A stretch of DNA of 64,000 bases. It comes from Eledone cirrhosa (Eukaryota). Positions 51,531 through 64,000 of this stretch are shown in pieces. The stretch spans positions 1-64,000 of the forward strand of contig CAXHJY010001116.1 of assembly GCA_964016885.1 (NCBI GenBank), in the 5' to 3' direction. The notes below the pieces were generated by a model. That model was not told the DNA's origin. It searched no databases and saw nothing but the letters and a program-made list of their open reading frames with translations. Positions within the stretch are counted from its first letter, which is position 1. Each line of letters opens with the position of its first letter. A program made the translations under genes and the position numbers.

Positions 51531-51637
51531 CATCAGCATCTTCCAGTTTAATTTGACATCGTTCAGTATGATAACGATTAGATCAACAAAAGTATTATAT
51601 TTATTGAATGAATCTTTACACATAACACCTACATTGG

Positions 51638-53472
51638 CATGGACAGACAGACAGACATGGAGAGACAGACATGGAGAGACAGACAGACATGGAGAGACAG
51701 ACAGACATGGAGAGACAGACAGACATGGAGAGACAGACATGGAGAGACAGACAGACATGGAGAGACAGACAGACATGGAGAGACAGACAGACATGGAGAG
51801 ACAGACAGACATGGAGAGACAGACAGACATGGAGAGACAGACAGACAGACAGACATGGAGAGACAGACAGACATGGACAGACAGACAGACATGGAGAGAC
51901 AGACAGACATGGAGAGACAGACAGACATGGAGAGACAGACATGGAGAGACAGACAGACATGGAGAGACAGACAGACATGGAGAGACAGACAGACATGGAG
52001 AGACAGACAGACATGGAGAGACAGACAGACATGGAGAGACAGACAGACATGGAGAGACAGACAGACATGGAGAGACAGACAGACAGACATGGAGAGACAG
52101 ACATGGAGAGACAGACAGACATGGACAGACAGACAGACATGGAGAGACAGACAGACATGGAGAGACAGACAGACATGGAGAGACAGACAGACAGACATGG
52201 AGAGACAGACAGACATGGAGAGACAGACAGACATGGAGAGACAGACAGACATGGAGAGACAGACAGACATGGAGAGACAGACAGACATGGAGAGACAGAC
52301 AGACATGGAGAGACAGACAGACATGGAGAGACAGACAGACAGACATGGAGAGACAGACATGGAGAGACAGACAGACATGGACAGACAGACAGACATGGAG
52401 AGACAGACAGACATGGAGAGACAGACAGACATGGAGAGACAGACAGACATGGACAGACAGACAGACATGGAGAGACAGACAGACAGACATGGAGAGACAG
52501 ACATGGAGAGACAGACAGACATGGACAGACAGACAGACATGGAGAGACAGACAGACATGGAGAGACAGACAGACATGGAGAGACAGACAGACAGACATGG
52601 AGAGACAGACAGACATGGAGAGACAGACAGACATGGAGAGACAGACAGACATGGAGAGACAGACAGACATGGAGAGACAGACAGACATGGAGAGACAGAC
52701 AGACATGGAGAGACAGACAGACATGGAGAGACAGACAGACATGGAGAGACAGACAGACAGACATGGAGAGACAGACATGGAGAGACAGACAGACATGGAC
52801 AGACAGACAGACATGGAGAGACAGACAGACATGGAGAGACAGACAGACATGGAGAGACAGACAGACATGGACAGACAGACAGACATGGAGAGACAGACAG
52901 ACAGACATGGAGAGACAGACATGGAGAGACAGACAGACATGGACAGACAGACAGACATGGAGAGACAGACAGACATGGAGAGACAGACAGACATGGAGAG
53001 ACAGACAGACATGGAGAGACAGACAGACAGACATGGAGAGACAGACATGGAGAGACAGACAGACATGGACAGACAGACAGACATGGAGAGACAGACAGAC
53101 ATGGAGAGACAGACAGACATGGAGAGACAGACAGACATGGACAGACAGACAGACATGGAGAGACAGACAGACAGACATGGAGAGACAGACATGGAGAGAC
53201 AGACAGACATGGACAGACAGACAGACATGGAGAGACAGACAGACAGACATGGAGAGACAGACAGACAGACATGGAGAGACAGACAGACAGACATGGAGAG
53301 ACAGACAGACAGACATGGAGAGACAGACAGACAGACATGGAGAGACAGACAGACAGACATGGAGAGACAGACAGACAGACATGGAGAGACAGACAGACAT
53401 GGAGAGACAGACAGACAGACATGGAGAGACAGACAGACAGACATGGAGAGACAGACAGACAGACATGGAGAG
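51638..53472 (+). repeat. GACA-based satellite: ATGGAGA(GACA)n units of 14, 18 or 22 bp
   Basis: About 1.8 kb, built from atggagagacagacagac with length variants and an atggac variant. Confidence 0.98.
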
Positions 53473-53600
53473 ATACACAGACTGACATTCACTCAGAAAC
53501 ACATTTATATCATTGAGAGAAACATGCGAGCGCACAGTTAAACACTCACACAAACACACAGATATTCACAATTAACTTTTCGGCCATAATTTTATATTAT

Positions 53601-53788
53601 CGGTGGATTGGCAGTATCGGTAGAGGGTCGGACGCCATGCTTTGCAGCATAGTTACGTCCCTTTACGGTCTGAGTTCAAATCCCGCCGAGGTTGACTTTG
53701 CCTTTCATCCTTACGGGGGTCGATAAAATAAAGTACCAGTAATACACTGGGTAATTGCTGGCCTTGTGCCTAAAGTAGAAACAATTAT
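53601..53788 (+). mobile_element. SINE S1
   Basis: Full-length match. Confidence 0.9.
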
Positions 53789-53884
53789 ATATATAATGTA
53801 TATATACCAAAGTTCAAACGGATACTTCTAAAGTCAAAAGGGAAGAAGAAGAAATCTTTTTTGATTTTATTCCATCTTTCAGGT

Positions 53885-54108
53885 AAGAAGAAGAAGAAAG
53901 CAAAGAAGAAGAAGAAGAAGAAGAAGAATGCAAAAGAAAAGAAGAAAAAGGAGAAAAAGAAGAATGCAAAGGAAATGAAGAAGAAGGCAAAGAAGAAGAA
54001 GAAAAAGGCGAAGAAGAAGAAGGCGAAGAAGAAGAAGAAGAAGGCGAAGAAGGCGAAGAAGAAGAAGAAGAAGAAGAAGAAAAAGGCAAACAAGAAGGAG
54101 AAGAAGAT
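53885..54108. repeat. (GAA)n-rich repeat
   Basis: Direct reading. Confidence 0.95.
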
Positions 54109-54549
54109 TATTATTTGGGGAATTCGGGGTTGGTGGGGGGGGGGTATACCTTCGATTGATTTTATGTATTTCTGGTTTGTTTTACTTTGTTTTTTCAAAA
54201 TGCCAAATCACATAAACGGAATCTCTAAGAGAACAAGCTGACACCAAGTTAAAAATTCCGGTGCCCTGTTATCATTTGCCTGTGATGTATTGAACCAACA
54301 AAGAACTAGTAATCTTTGAACAGTTTCAATCAAACTGTATATCTTTGTAGTAACTAAAACTCAGCTCTGTCTTTTGCATGTTTTGTTTGTTATTCTTCTT
54401 TTTTCTACTTTCACTTTCGGTTTGATTTGAAATACATATGGCGTTAAGGTTGGCCTTTTCAACTTTTCTTATCTCCCTTGTAGACACCTTTGGTTGGTGT
54501 TCGATCCTCTCATTTCAAGAGCAGCTACCCCATAGCTTTTATTTTACTT

Positions 54550-54597
<48 letters not shown>

Positions 54598-55542
54598 TCA
54601 GGATTTCAGCAGTTTTAAACTAGTAAGATCATTATTCAGCAGAGAATTCGATACTTGGGATAGTAGAGTATGAACCAGAAGTAGTTGTTTAGTTCACATA
54701 TTGAGACCCCAACCTATCCTATTTATTTTTTAACGTATGGGATTTCTAGTAATATACTTTTTTTGTCATGTATAATGTTTTTTAATACATAAAGAAAATT
54801 AATTGTCGCAGGAATGCAACTACTTAAAATAAAATTTCGACGGAGTTAGTTTAACAAAATTTAATAAGCGCGAGAGAGGGAGGAATAAGAGCGGAGGTGG
54901 GAGGATATGAAAAATTTATAAGTGAAGGGGGAGGGGCGATTATTTGAGACTCGAAAGTACAAAGAAAGTGTAGTAAGAAACCAGCTGGACCACCAGAGTA
55001 CTCGATACTTAGGGTAGTAGAGTGGGTAATAGGAAAAGAGTCAGGACCCCAACGGCTGAGCTCCGGCCGTTTTGGCAGCTAGATCCGAACTAACCCGAAA
55101 GTAGTTATATGGTTAAATCCCATACAAACACTAACAAGAAATGTTAAAGTTATTGGAGAAATTCTCATCTATTGAAGAGAAGAAAAAAATGGTGAAAACA
55201 TTATATACTTTTCTTAGATGTTTGCAACTAACACAAAATTATAATAGTCATATCAAAGTGTAAATAGTATAAGATGATTCTCATCCTGAATTGTCAACAA
55301 ATATTCATCGTTGTAAAAAATATGACGCATCAAATTGAAGGAAAAATGAAGAAATAGCGATGAAGATAACAACAAAAACACTTGTGTTCTAGTTCAATCA
55401 TTGTTGTATACTGCTGTGATGCGTGATATACAGCACGGTACTCTGTTGTCAGACACTAATAAATATAAACATCAACATCAACATTGATTTCAACTAAAAT
55501 TCTTGGAAAATTTTGGTATTTCAATTTTATTTTAATCTGTAC

Positions 55543-56308
55543 AATAATTGTTTCTACTTTTGGCACAAGGCCAGCAATTACCCCAGTGCATTACTGGTAC
55601 TTTATTTTATCGACCCCCGTAAGGATGAAAGGCAAAGTTAACTTCGGTGGGATTTGAACTCAGACCGTAAAGGGACGTAACTATGGTGGAAAGCATGGCG
55701 TCCGACTCTCTACCGATACTGCCAATCCACCGCCCTGATCTGTATAATAATGGTTTCTGATTTAGGCACAAGGCCAGCAATTTTGGGGTAAAAGTCGATT
55801 AAATTACCTGCTGTGTGTTACTGGTACTTTATTTTATCAACTCCGTACGGATGAAAGGAAAAGCTAACCTCGGCGAGATTTAAACTCAGAATGTAAAGGG
55901 CTGTAACTCTGCTGCGAAGCATGGTGTCCGACGCACTACCGATACTGCCAATCCATATAATAATACATAGTCATCATCATCATCATCATCATTTTACATC
56001 CGCTTTTTCCCTGCTTGCAAGGGTGGGACAGGAACTGATTCTGGCTTGATTTCTACAGCTGGATGCCCTTCCTAACACCAACCTCATTTACAGTGAGTGC
56101 TGGGTGCTTTTTTGCCGTGGCACCTCCACGACCACTTTGCAGTGGAATGATAGGGACCCCAGTCCCTATCATCTCATTTCTACAGCTGAGTAAACTGGAG
56201 CAATGTGAAATAAAGTGTCTTACTCAAGGAAACAACACATCACCCAGTCTGAGAATTGAACTCACAATCTTTCGATTGCAAGGCCAATGCTCTAACCACT
56301 AAGCCATG
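55543..56308 (-). mobile_element. SINE cluster: S1, S1, S2 in tandem
   Basis: 55543-55736 and 55745-55955 (S1); 55972-56308 (S2). Confidence 0.9.
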
Positions 56309-56915
56309 TATAAAATATAACTACTCAAATCCTTAAAAAGGGTTGAAGTTTACAATGGCAGATAAGGAGGATAAGGGGAACCCCAGCAACCCCTAAAACC
56401 AAAAGCTGTTAAAAAGGCAGATGAACTCCTCAAAGTCAACGGCCACCCACCCCAAGTATGGATTAAATAGCCTCACCAATCCACAATTGGCCAAGCATGG
56501 TGAGTACAGCTACACCCCTGACATGACAAATATTAAACAGAAAGTGGTGGTGGTGGTTAACCAGAGAGAGAGGTTCTTCCAAAAGAAGTGAGAATGTCCC
56601 CTGGATTGGATTGAAGTATTTTCTATTGTAATTCATAGAAAGGTATAAGGTAGGATTGTATATACAACTTCAACTTGATTAAACCTAAATTTCTGCATAT
56701 TATCAACACTATTGATCTAGCTAATGACATAATCAATATAATTTCACTGATGGCCTTCTCAACCATTTAGAATTTAAACTGACCATGATTTAAACTGGCC
56801 ATAAACTATAGCTTAGGGCCCCCACCAAAGGTGAGTGGCCCTAAGCTATTTGTAATGAGAGGTACAGGATTATTTTTAAGATACTGATGTTAAGACATCT
56901 TTACATTACTGTTAA

Positions 56916-57122
56916 CCCTTTAGCATTTAGACTGGCTATATCCAGCTAGAATTCTCTCACTTCTTTCTGTTCAAATCGGCTGTAATCAGCCACTCATACT
57001 GATGTTAAGGTATTGTTCACAAAATAGATAATATCAAAATCTTATAGATTCGATATTATGTGAGATAATGCCTTACCGTGAAAATACACTAGTATATATA
57101 GAGTAATGTAATTGCTAAAGGG
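56916..57122. mobile_element. piggyBac-type MITE
   Basis: TTAA|CCCTTTAGCA...TGCTAAAGGG|TTAA. A second partial copy lies at ~57570-57737. Confidence 0.85.
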
Positions 57123-58214
57123 TTAATGTTGCTGTTCATATTACTTAGAATCTTGTTACTAACTAATTCTATTCCAGATATATCTGGGTAAATACATACA
57201 TCTTTATTCACAGTTGTATAAATAACATTACAAATTGCTCACAATTCTTTCAGAAGTTTTAAATATATACATAAATAACATTACAAATTGCTCACGACAC
57301 AATTCTTTTAGAATGAAAATATAAACACAAATATAAATACATATAATTGTTTCTACTTTTGGCACAAGGCCAGCAATTATCCCAGTGTATTACTGGTACT
57401 TGATTTTTTTATCGACCCCGTAAGGATGATAAAAATATAAAGTACCAGTAATACACTGGGAAATATAAATACATATAATAAATACAAATAACTATTGCTA
57501 GGAACCTCACAAATACAACACACCAAAATATATGACAAGCATGAGAGAAAGAAAAAAAGGGGAAAAGGGCAGAATTTGCTCACCTCTTTCTGTTCAAACT
57601 GGCCATAACTAGCCACTCATATTGATGTTAAGTTATTGCTGTCAAAATAAATAATATCAAAATCTCATGGATTTGATATTATGTGAGATAATACAAAATA
57701 CAAAAGTATATCTAGAGTAATGTAAATGCTAAAGGGTCACGGCTAAATACAAATTCTTTTTCCTAGTGTTTCTTAATCATTATAAACGCTTGACGTTTAG
57801 CTAAGATTCCCAGTCTATTATCTCATTTCATGTTTTCTACACCATGTTTCGCTTCTTTATAGTATTACAGATATTAGCGTTTATTTCTATGTAGTTTTAA
57901 GTAATGTTATTTGGTATAGAGATTTGTGTAATGTCTTATCTATTTCATAGGGTTTCTCGTTTTGTCTTAAGAAATCAGTGTTTTATGGGATTTCTGTTAA
58001 ACCTTGTGTGTATCAGTATAGATATTAGTAAGTGTAGTTACATCTAACTGATATTAGTCTTGTCTTTATAATATATCAAGTAACAGGACAATGGTGCCTC
58101 AATATTTCTTAATTAGCTTTCCTATCATATGACTTTATATCAGACTTTGCCCTCATCATATTATTATTGAACATTGCCCTTCTTTTAGCAATATTCATAC
58201 ATTACTCTTCAAAT

Positions 58215-58246
<32 letters not shown>

Positions 58247-58467
58247 GAGAGAGAGACAGAGATACACGGAGAGGGGAGGGGAGAAAGAGGAGGGGGAGAG
58301 AGCCTGCGGTGCTGAGACTGAGGAGACCACTAATCATGGGAGTACTCAATGCACAGGGAGATGCAAAATGGGTATAGAGATATGTGTTGTATATAATAAG
58401 TACAGATTAAAGTTTAAGCAAAGAATTTCTGCTTTCACCCGATAAATATTTGCTCCACAGGTATATA

Positions 58468-58627
58468 CGAGGTGTGTCAGAAAAGTTCCAGGACTAATGT
58501 CACAAAAGTTACACACAGTTACATACTCCAGTGGGATTACTTTGAAGGAGAAAACTCTTTATGTGAAGTTTTGGTTTGAAATAAATCTTTTGTGACATCA
58601 CTCCTGGAACTTTTCTGACACACCTCG
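58468..58627. mobile_element. Mariner-type MITE
   Basis: TA|CGAGGTGTGTCAGAAAAGTTCCAGGA...TCCTGGAACTTTTCTGACACACCTCG|TA. Confidence 0.9.
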
Positions 58628-58989
58628 TATATATACTTAATTAAGAGTCAAATTGGTGTGGAAAATCGTGTATGGATTAAATATGTTACTGCTTAGAAGT
58701 GTGTGTGTGTGTGTATGTGGGTGTCATCATCTTCATCATTTAACATCAGCTTTACCTGCTAGCAAAGGTAGGACATCTGTACCTAACAGAAGCCACTCAC
58801 CTTTCACATAAGCCAGGGATTTCATACATTTCTGCACTTTACAGAGTGCAACAGAACAGGTCACATTCCTATTTCAATATATCCGAGTGTGTATGTGTGT
58901 GTATGTGTGTCTATGTGTGTGTGTGTGTGTCTATGTGTGTGTCTATGTGTGTGTGTGATCCTGAAATATATGGCATACTGATCCTGGAT

Positions 58990-59660
58990 TTCTTCTTCTT
59001 TGCCCACTTATTCCTGAGGGGGTCGTGGGGGAAGAGTCCTCAAACACACCTTCCAGTGGGTCCTATCAGAAGCAACTGTCTCCAACTGATCCGGCTGGAT
59101 CCCCAAGCGAGACCAGCCAAGCTCATGGATGTTATCCAACCATCTTGCTCGGGGTCTACTGTTGTGTCTCCTGCCGGTCGGTTTTGCCTGTAAAATCTGT
59201 CCAACGATTCTTACCTGAGATATTTTAACTACATGCCCATAGTATCAGAGCTGCGATCTCTCAATTCAGAGAAGTAGCAGCTCTACCTGAAGTAACTCTC
59301 TGATATCCAAGCTATGCATTCTATCGAGTAATGTTACGCCAAAGACCCTTTGGAGGAACCCCATTTCGGCTGCTTGAATTTGCGATCATATTCTTTCAGT
59401 CATTACCCAAGATTCATTGCCATAGGTAAGGGCTGGCACAAATACCGAACTGACAATAGCGAGTTTGGCTTTTACACCTACTTCTCTTCTTCTGATTACT
59501 GAATGCTGAAGCTGGTGCATTAGTGTACCAGCTACTACATTTCTTGCACTTAATTTAGCCTCCTTCATTCTATCACTCATGAACACAGCCTCTAGATACT
59601 TAAATTTCTCGACCTACTTCAGTGGAACTCCATTTACATGTAGAGTGCACTGCACAGGCT
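58990..59660 (-). mobile_element. RTE-clade LINE 3' fragment with (GAA) tail
   Basis: FKYL, AKLAIVSSVFVPALTYGNESWVMTERI*SQIQAAEMGFL, YYGHV. Confidence 0.85.
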
Positions 59661-60252
59661 TCTATAAAGAATTATAAAGAGTTTGTAATGTCATTTATAC
59701 AACTGTGAATAATAAATACCAGCTTAATAACTACAATCTGATAAGTATACTGTCACATAAACCTTTCCATCGACCAGATATTGTTACGGTGTAAATATCT
59801 CAACAAAATGGGCGAATGGATGCATTTGTCATATGACCAAAATACACAACAGTTGAGAATGCAAGCATGGAAGATAAACGTTAAATGATGATGATGATGA
59901 TATGTATGTGTGTATGTATGAGTGTGTGTGTGTAATATGTTTCTTGATTAGATATATACATTATAATATATATATATATATATACACACACACATATATA
60001 TATATATGAGTGTATGTATAATACATTTATTGTATACATATATACTACACACATATATATCTGTATTCATGTATGTATGTAATATTTACATATATAAATT
60101 ATGTATATATGTCTGTGTATGTATATATATTATATTATATATATGTAGCGAGATTTATGTATGCATATAATATATAAACAAGCCACATATGTTTTCATAT
60201 TACAGCTTTTATTATGAGTCACATGTTAGTGCTACTGTTATATATATATAAT

Positions 60253-60598
60253 GGAGGCACATGGCTTAGTGGTTAGAGCATTGGCCTTGCAATCAAAAGG
60301 TTGTGAGTTCAATTCTCAGACCGGGTGATGTGTTGTTTCCTTGAGCAAGACACTTTATTTCACATTGCTCCAGTTTACTCAGCTGTAGAAATGAGATGAT
60401 AGGGACTGGGGTCCCTATCATTCCACTGCAAAGTGGTCGTGGAGGTGCCACGGCAAAAAAGCACCCAGCACTCACTGTAAATGAGGTTGGTGTTAGGAAG
60501 GGCATCCAGCTGTAGAAATCAAGCCAGAATCAGTTCCCGTCCCACCCATGCGAGCAGGGAAAAGTGGACGTAAAATGAAATGATGAAATGAAATGATG

Positions 60599-60600
<2 letters not shown>
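60253..60600 (+). mobile_element. CORE-type SINE S2
   Basis: Near-identical to 35783-36135. Confidence 0.9.
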
Positions 60601-60631
<31 letters not shown>

Positions 60632-61022
60632 AAATATTAAACAAATAATGAACAAACAATTCCTTATATTAAACAAAAAAAGTTCACTATTTAACGATCG
60701 TTTCTAGGGTATATATGTGTTATAATTGGTATGCATATTTAACAGATCTATGTACAAAATTATACAAAATTATACAAATTATCAAGATTAAATATACATA
60801 CCTAACTCATATATACGCCGTCTTCAGAAATATATTTTTTTTTTTGTTTAATATAAGGAATTGTTTGTTCATTATTTGTTTAATATTTTATCTTGACTCT
60901 GTATACCGTTTATCTTTCACCGAAATTGGATTTTCATTACATCTCTTCTTTCCATGATATCCGGAATACATTGAGTTCTTCATACGGATTGGACACTACC
61001 GTAAACTCTTGGTAGATTTATC

Positions 61023-61101
<79 letters not shown>

Positions 61102-61373
61102 TTTATTGTGATCACATTATTATAGTGCACATATTTCTGATTTCAAATTTTGCCAATGCTTCTTAGACCACTATGTTTACAAACCCACACACACAAACAC
61201 ACATACATACATCACATTACACCATGATAAACAGGCAAAACTTCACAGTAACAAGACTCATAATTTAGCCTTACTAAAATGAATATTAAAACCCTACTTC
61301 GGTATTGAGTACTCTTTTCTCTCAATCGTCAACCAGATACAGATACATATACATATATATATATATATATATA

Positions 61374-61582
61374 TCCAAAATTAAATTAAGGGTTGTCATG
61401 TCGACTGTAGAATAAGCTCAAAGATTCCAATGAATAGATCCGAGCATTTCATATCAACTAAAAATAGATTGACATATATATAAAATAAACATATGGAACA
61501 ATCACAGGGAATAATTTGTAAAGAATGTAAGCACACATAGCTAGGTAGGTAGCCAATTAAAGTTTAACTAGAACTTCAAATA
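61374..61582 (-). mobile_element. Family C copy
   Basis: Reverse-complement homologue of 8700-8935. Confidence 0.7.
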
Positions 61583-63190
61583 TACAGGAAGGTGTGGGAC
61601 AGGCAGATGGTGTCAAATACCAAGGCATACCCTGGGGAAGAATGTACCCCCACAGCATAGGTTAGTCGTTAGTGATGTCTCAGTAAGCAAGAGACGGAAT
61701 GAGACATACAGGAAGGTGTAAGACAGGCAGATGGTGTCAAATACCAAGGCATACCCTGGGGAAGAATGTACCCCACAGCATAGGTTAGTCGTTGGTGATA
61801 TCTCAGTAAGCAAGAGACGGAATGAGACATACAGGAAGGTGTGGGACAGGCAGATGGTGTCAAATACCAAGGCATACCCTGGGGAAGAATGTACCCCACA
61901 GCATAGGTTAGTCGTTAGTGATATCTCAGTAAGCAAGAGGCGGAATGAGTCATACAGGAAGGTGTGGAGAAGAAAGGTCTGGAAGCTTAAAAACCTTTCA
62001 CTTAAATACAAATTTAGGAAAGCCCTTCAAGATGTGTATGACGAAAAAGAAGACGATTTAGAGTCGTATGACATAGATGATAACTGGAATATCTTACGTG
62101 ACAACTTACTGCAGGCTACTGATGAAACTTGTGGCTGGAGCAGAGCTCCAACCAGACAGAGAGTGACCTGGTGATGGAACAGCACGGTAAATATAGCCAT
62201 TAGAGACAAAAGACTGGTGGGAGTATAAAACTGATGGATCAGGTTATGAAAGTGGCAGAAAGGATATTAGCACAAATAATTAGAGAAAGGGTCAAACTAG
62301 ATGAGATGCAGTTTGGTTTTGTGCCTCGGAAAAGTACAACAGATGCCCTCTTCTTGGTGAGACAATTACAAGTGAGGTTCTTAGAGAAGAATAAGCCACT
62401 ATACTTAGCTTTTGTTGACCTAAAAAAGGCCTTTGATAGGGTACACAAGAGATGTAGTGGGATAGCAGACAAACTAACAGGTAGGGAGAAATACATATGC
62501 AGTAGATGTACATGGAAATTAGACAGTAGAAGTCACATTGATAGACACATTTTTCAAATGCAGGTAGGTGCTATAGAAGTGGTTGATAGCTACCGGTACC
62601 TAGGAGGTCAGATTAGCATGGGAGGGGGTGTTCCGCGGCCATAGTATCTAGAATAAGGACGGGTTGGAAGAAGTTTAGGGAGCTGCTTCCTCTGCTGACG
62701 AAGAAGGGTTTCTCCCTGCGTACAAAAGGCCAGTTATATGATGCCTGTGTGAGGAGCGCGATACTGCATGGTAGTGAGACATGGGCAGCAACTGCAGAGG
62801 ATATGCGACGGCTGGAGGGAAATGAGGCAAACATGCTCCGTTGGATGTGCAATGTCAATGTGAGTGAACGACTGAGCATGGATGTGTTGAGAGGGATAGA
62901 TTGTAGTGTGCGAGAGAGGAGACTGCGAAGGTATGGACATGTGATGCGCATGGAGGATGACCGATGGGTGAAGAAGTGCCAGCAAATGGCAGTTGAAGGA
63001 AGACATGGTAGAGGTAGACCACAAAAAACATGGGCGGAGGTGGTGAGAGCAGACCTCAGATCGTTGAAGCTCATGGTGGAGATGACAAAGGACCGTGACA
63101 AGTGGAGAGATGCTGTGCTGAATAGGACCTGTCCCACTCTTGCAAGCAGAGAAAAGCGGACATATGATGATGATGATGATTATGATGATC
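61582..63190 (+). mobile_element. Internally deleted RTE-clade LINE with a triplicated 123-bp segment and (GAT)n tail
   Basis: APE end (PGEECTPQHRLVV), TWW-like motif, QFGFVPRKSTTDALFLVRQL, AFVDLKKAFDRV, YRYLG, RSAILHGSETW, RLRRYGHVMR, GRGRPQKTW. Confidence 0.92.
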
Positions 63191-63737
63191 GTTTGTTTCT
63201 AATATTAAACTTGTTTCAACAACTTAATTCCTAATTAACAACTGTCAACTTTTTGATTAATGTTAAATTGATTTGGATTTCAACATTTCTGACATTTTGT
63301 TCTAAATGGAAGTTAGGAAACTTAAGGATTGCTTTTGTATAATATTCCTAAAGAGTTCAAATATACTGAAAAGAAAAGCAACAACACCAGAACTGGCAAC
63401 TTAGAAATGGCTATGATATTGGAATGGGGTATAGCTGTAGTGTTATTATAACAAATACGATTTTATTATATTCTATGGCAAACCACTTGAAAAGATAACA
63501 ACTTATAGATTTAAATAAGCAGAAGGAATGTGCATTCAGTTGAAATTGGTTTGTATTTATATGGTTGATAGAAAATTATTCGACAGCAGTTCTGCTCTTG
63601 CACCTCATCTCCACCCCATGTCTGTATGGTCCTGTAACTTCTGATAGAGTCGTAGGGGCACCGTATTGACATATGGCATTTCTTGGGAATTTTAAGCCTC
63701 TCCAGGCCAGAGTACAGCAGATTTCTTCTAGAGAAGC

Positions 63738-63925
63738 CCATGGTGGAGATGACAAAGGACCGTGACAAGTGGAGAGATGCTGTGCTGAATAGGACCTGTC
63801 CCACCCTTGCAAGCAGGGAAAAGTGGACGTATGATGATGATGATGATTATTATGATGATCGTTTGTTTCTAATACGAGACTTGTTTCAACAACTTAATTC
63901 CTAATTAACAACTGTCAACTTTTTG
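63738..63925 (+). repeat. Local duplicate of the RTE 3' end plus downstream flank (63071-63255)
   Basis: High-identity copy that includes ~65 bp beyond the (GAT)n tail, inserted inside an S1b SINE. Confidence 0.9.
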
Positions 63926-64000
63926 AGATAGGAAATGAGAAAGAGGTATAGAGGATGAATCGACCCCAGTCATACTTTTTATTATCAATCTTGAAAGGAT

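Noticed and set aside
51069-53559. Six overlapping 600-800 aa ORFs
   Set aside because: Translations of the AGT/GGT and GACA satellites; low complexity and open in all frames.
53785-54241. Lys/Ala-rich histone-H1/protamine-like ORF
   Set aside because: (GAA)n repeat translation; no globular domain or credible start.
56797-56850. Hairpin TAGCTTAGGGCC...GGCCCTAAGCTA as a terminator or ncRNA
   Set aside because: Isolated short inverted repeat with no supporting context; probably a transposon remnant.

Overview
AT-rich, microsatellite-dense animal genomic DNA. A coleoid cephalopod (Octopus-like) is inferred from the molluscan-type neuropeptide and the SINE repertoire. Only one host gene is supported: a single-coding-exon cholecystokinin/sulfakinin (CCK/SK) precursor at 33893-34291 encoding two Y-G-L-G-G-G-R-F-amide peptides. 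The rest is mostly transposon debris: Penelope-like, Tx1/L1, R4/Dong-like and RTE retroelement fragments, several tRNA-derived SINE families, Helitrons, MITEs (Tc1/mariner/pogo and piggyBac types) and minisatellites. The most striking pattern is at least five unrelated families of short elements that sit inside (TA)n arrays, carry type I hammerhead-ribozyme motifs, and often fold back on themselves at or inside the ribozyme. They look like Penelope pLTR-derived, ribozyme-bearing mini-elements that target TA repeats. Nearly all other predicted ORFs are artefacts of simple repeats. All calls are by eye and repeat boundaries are approximate.
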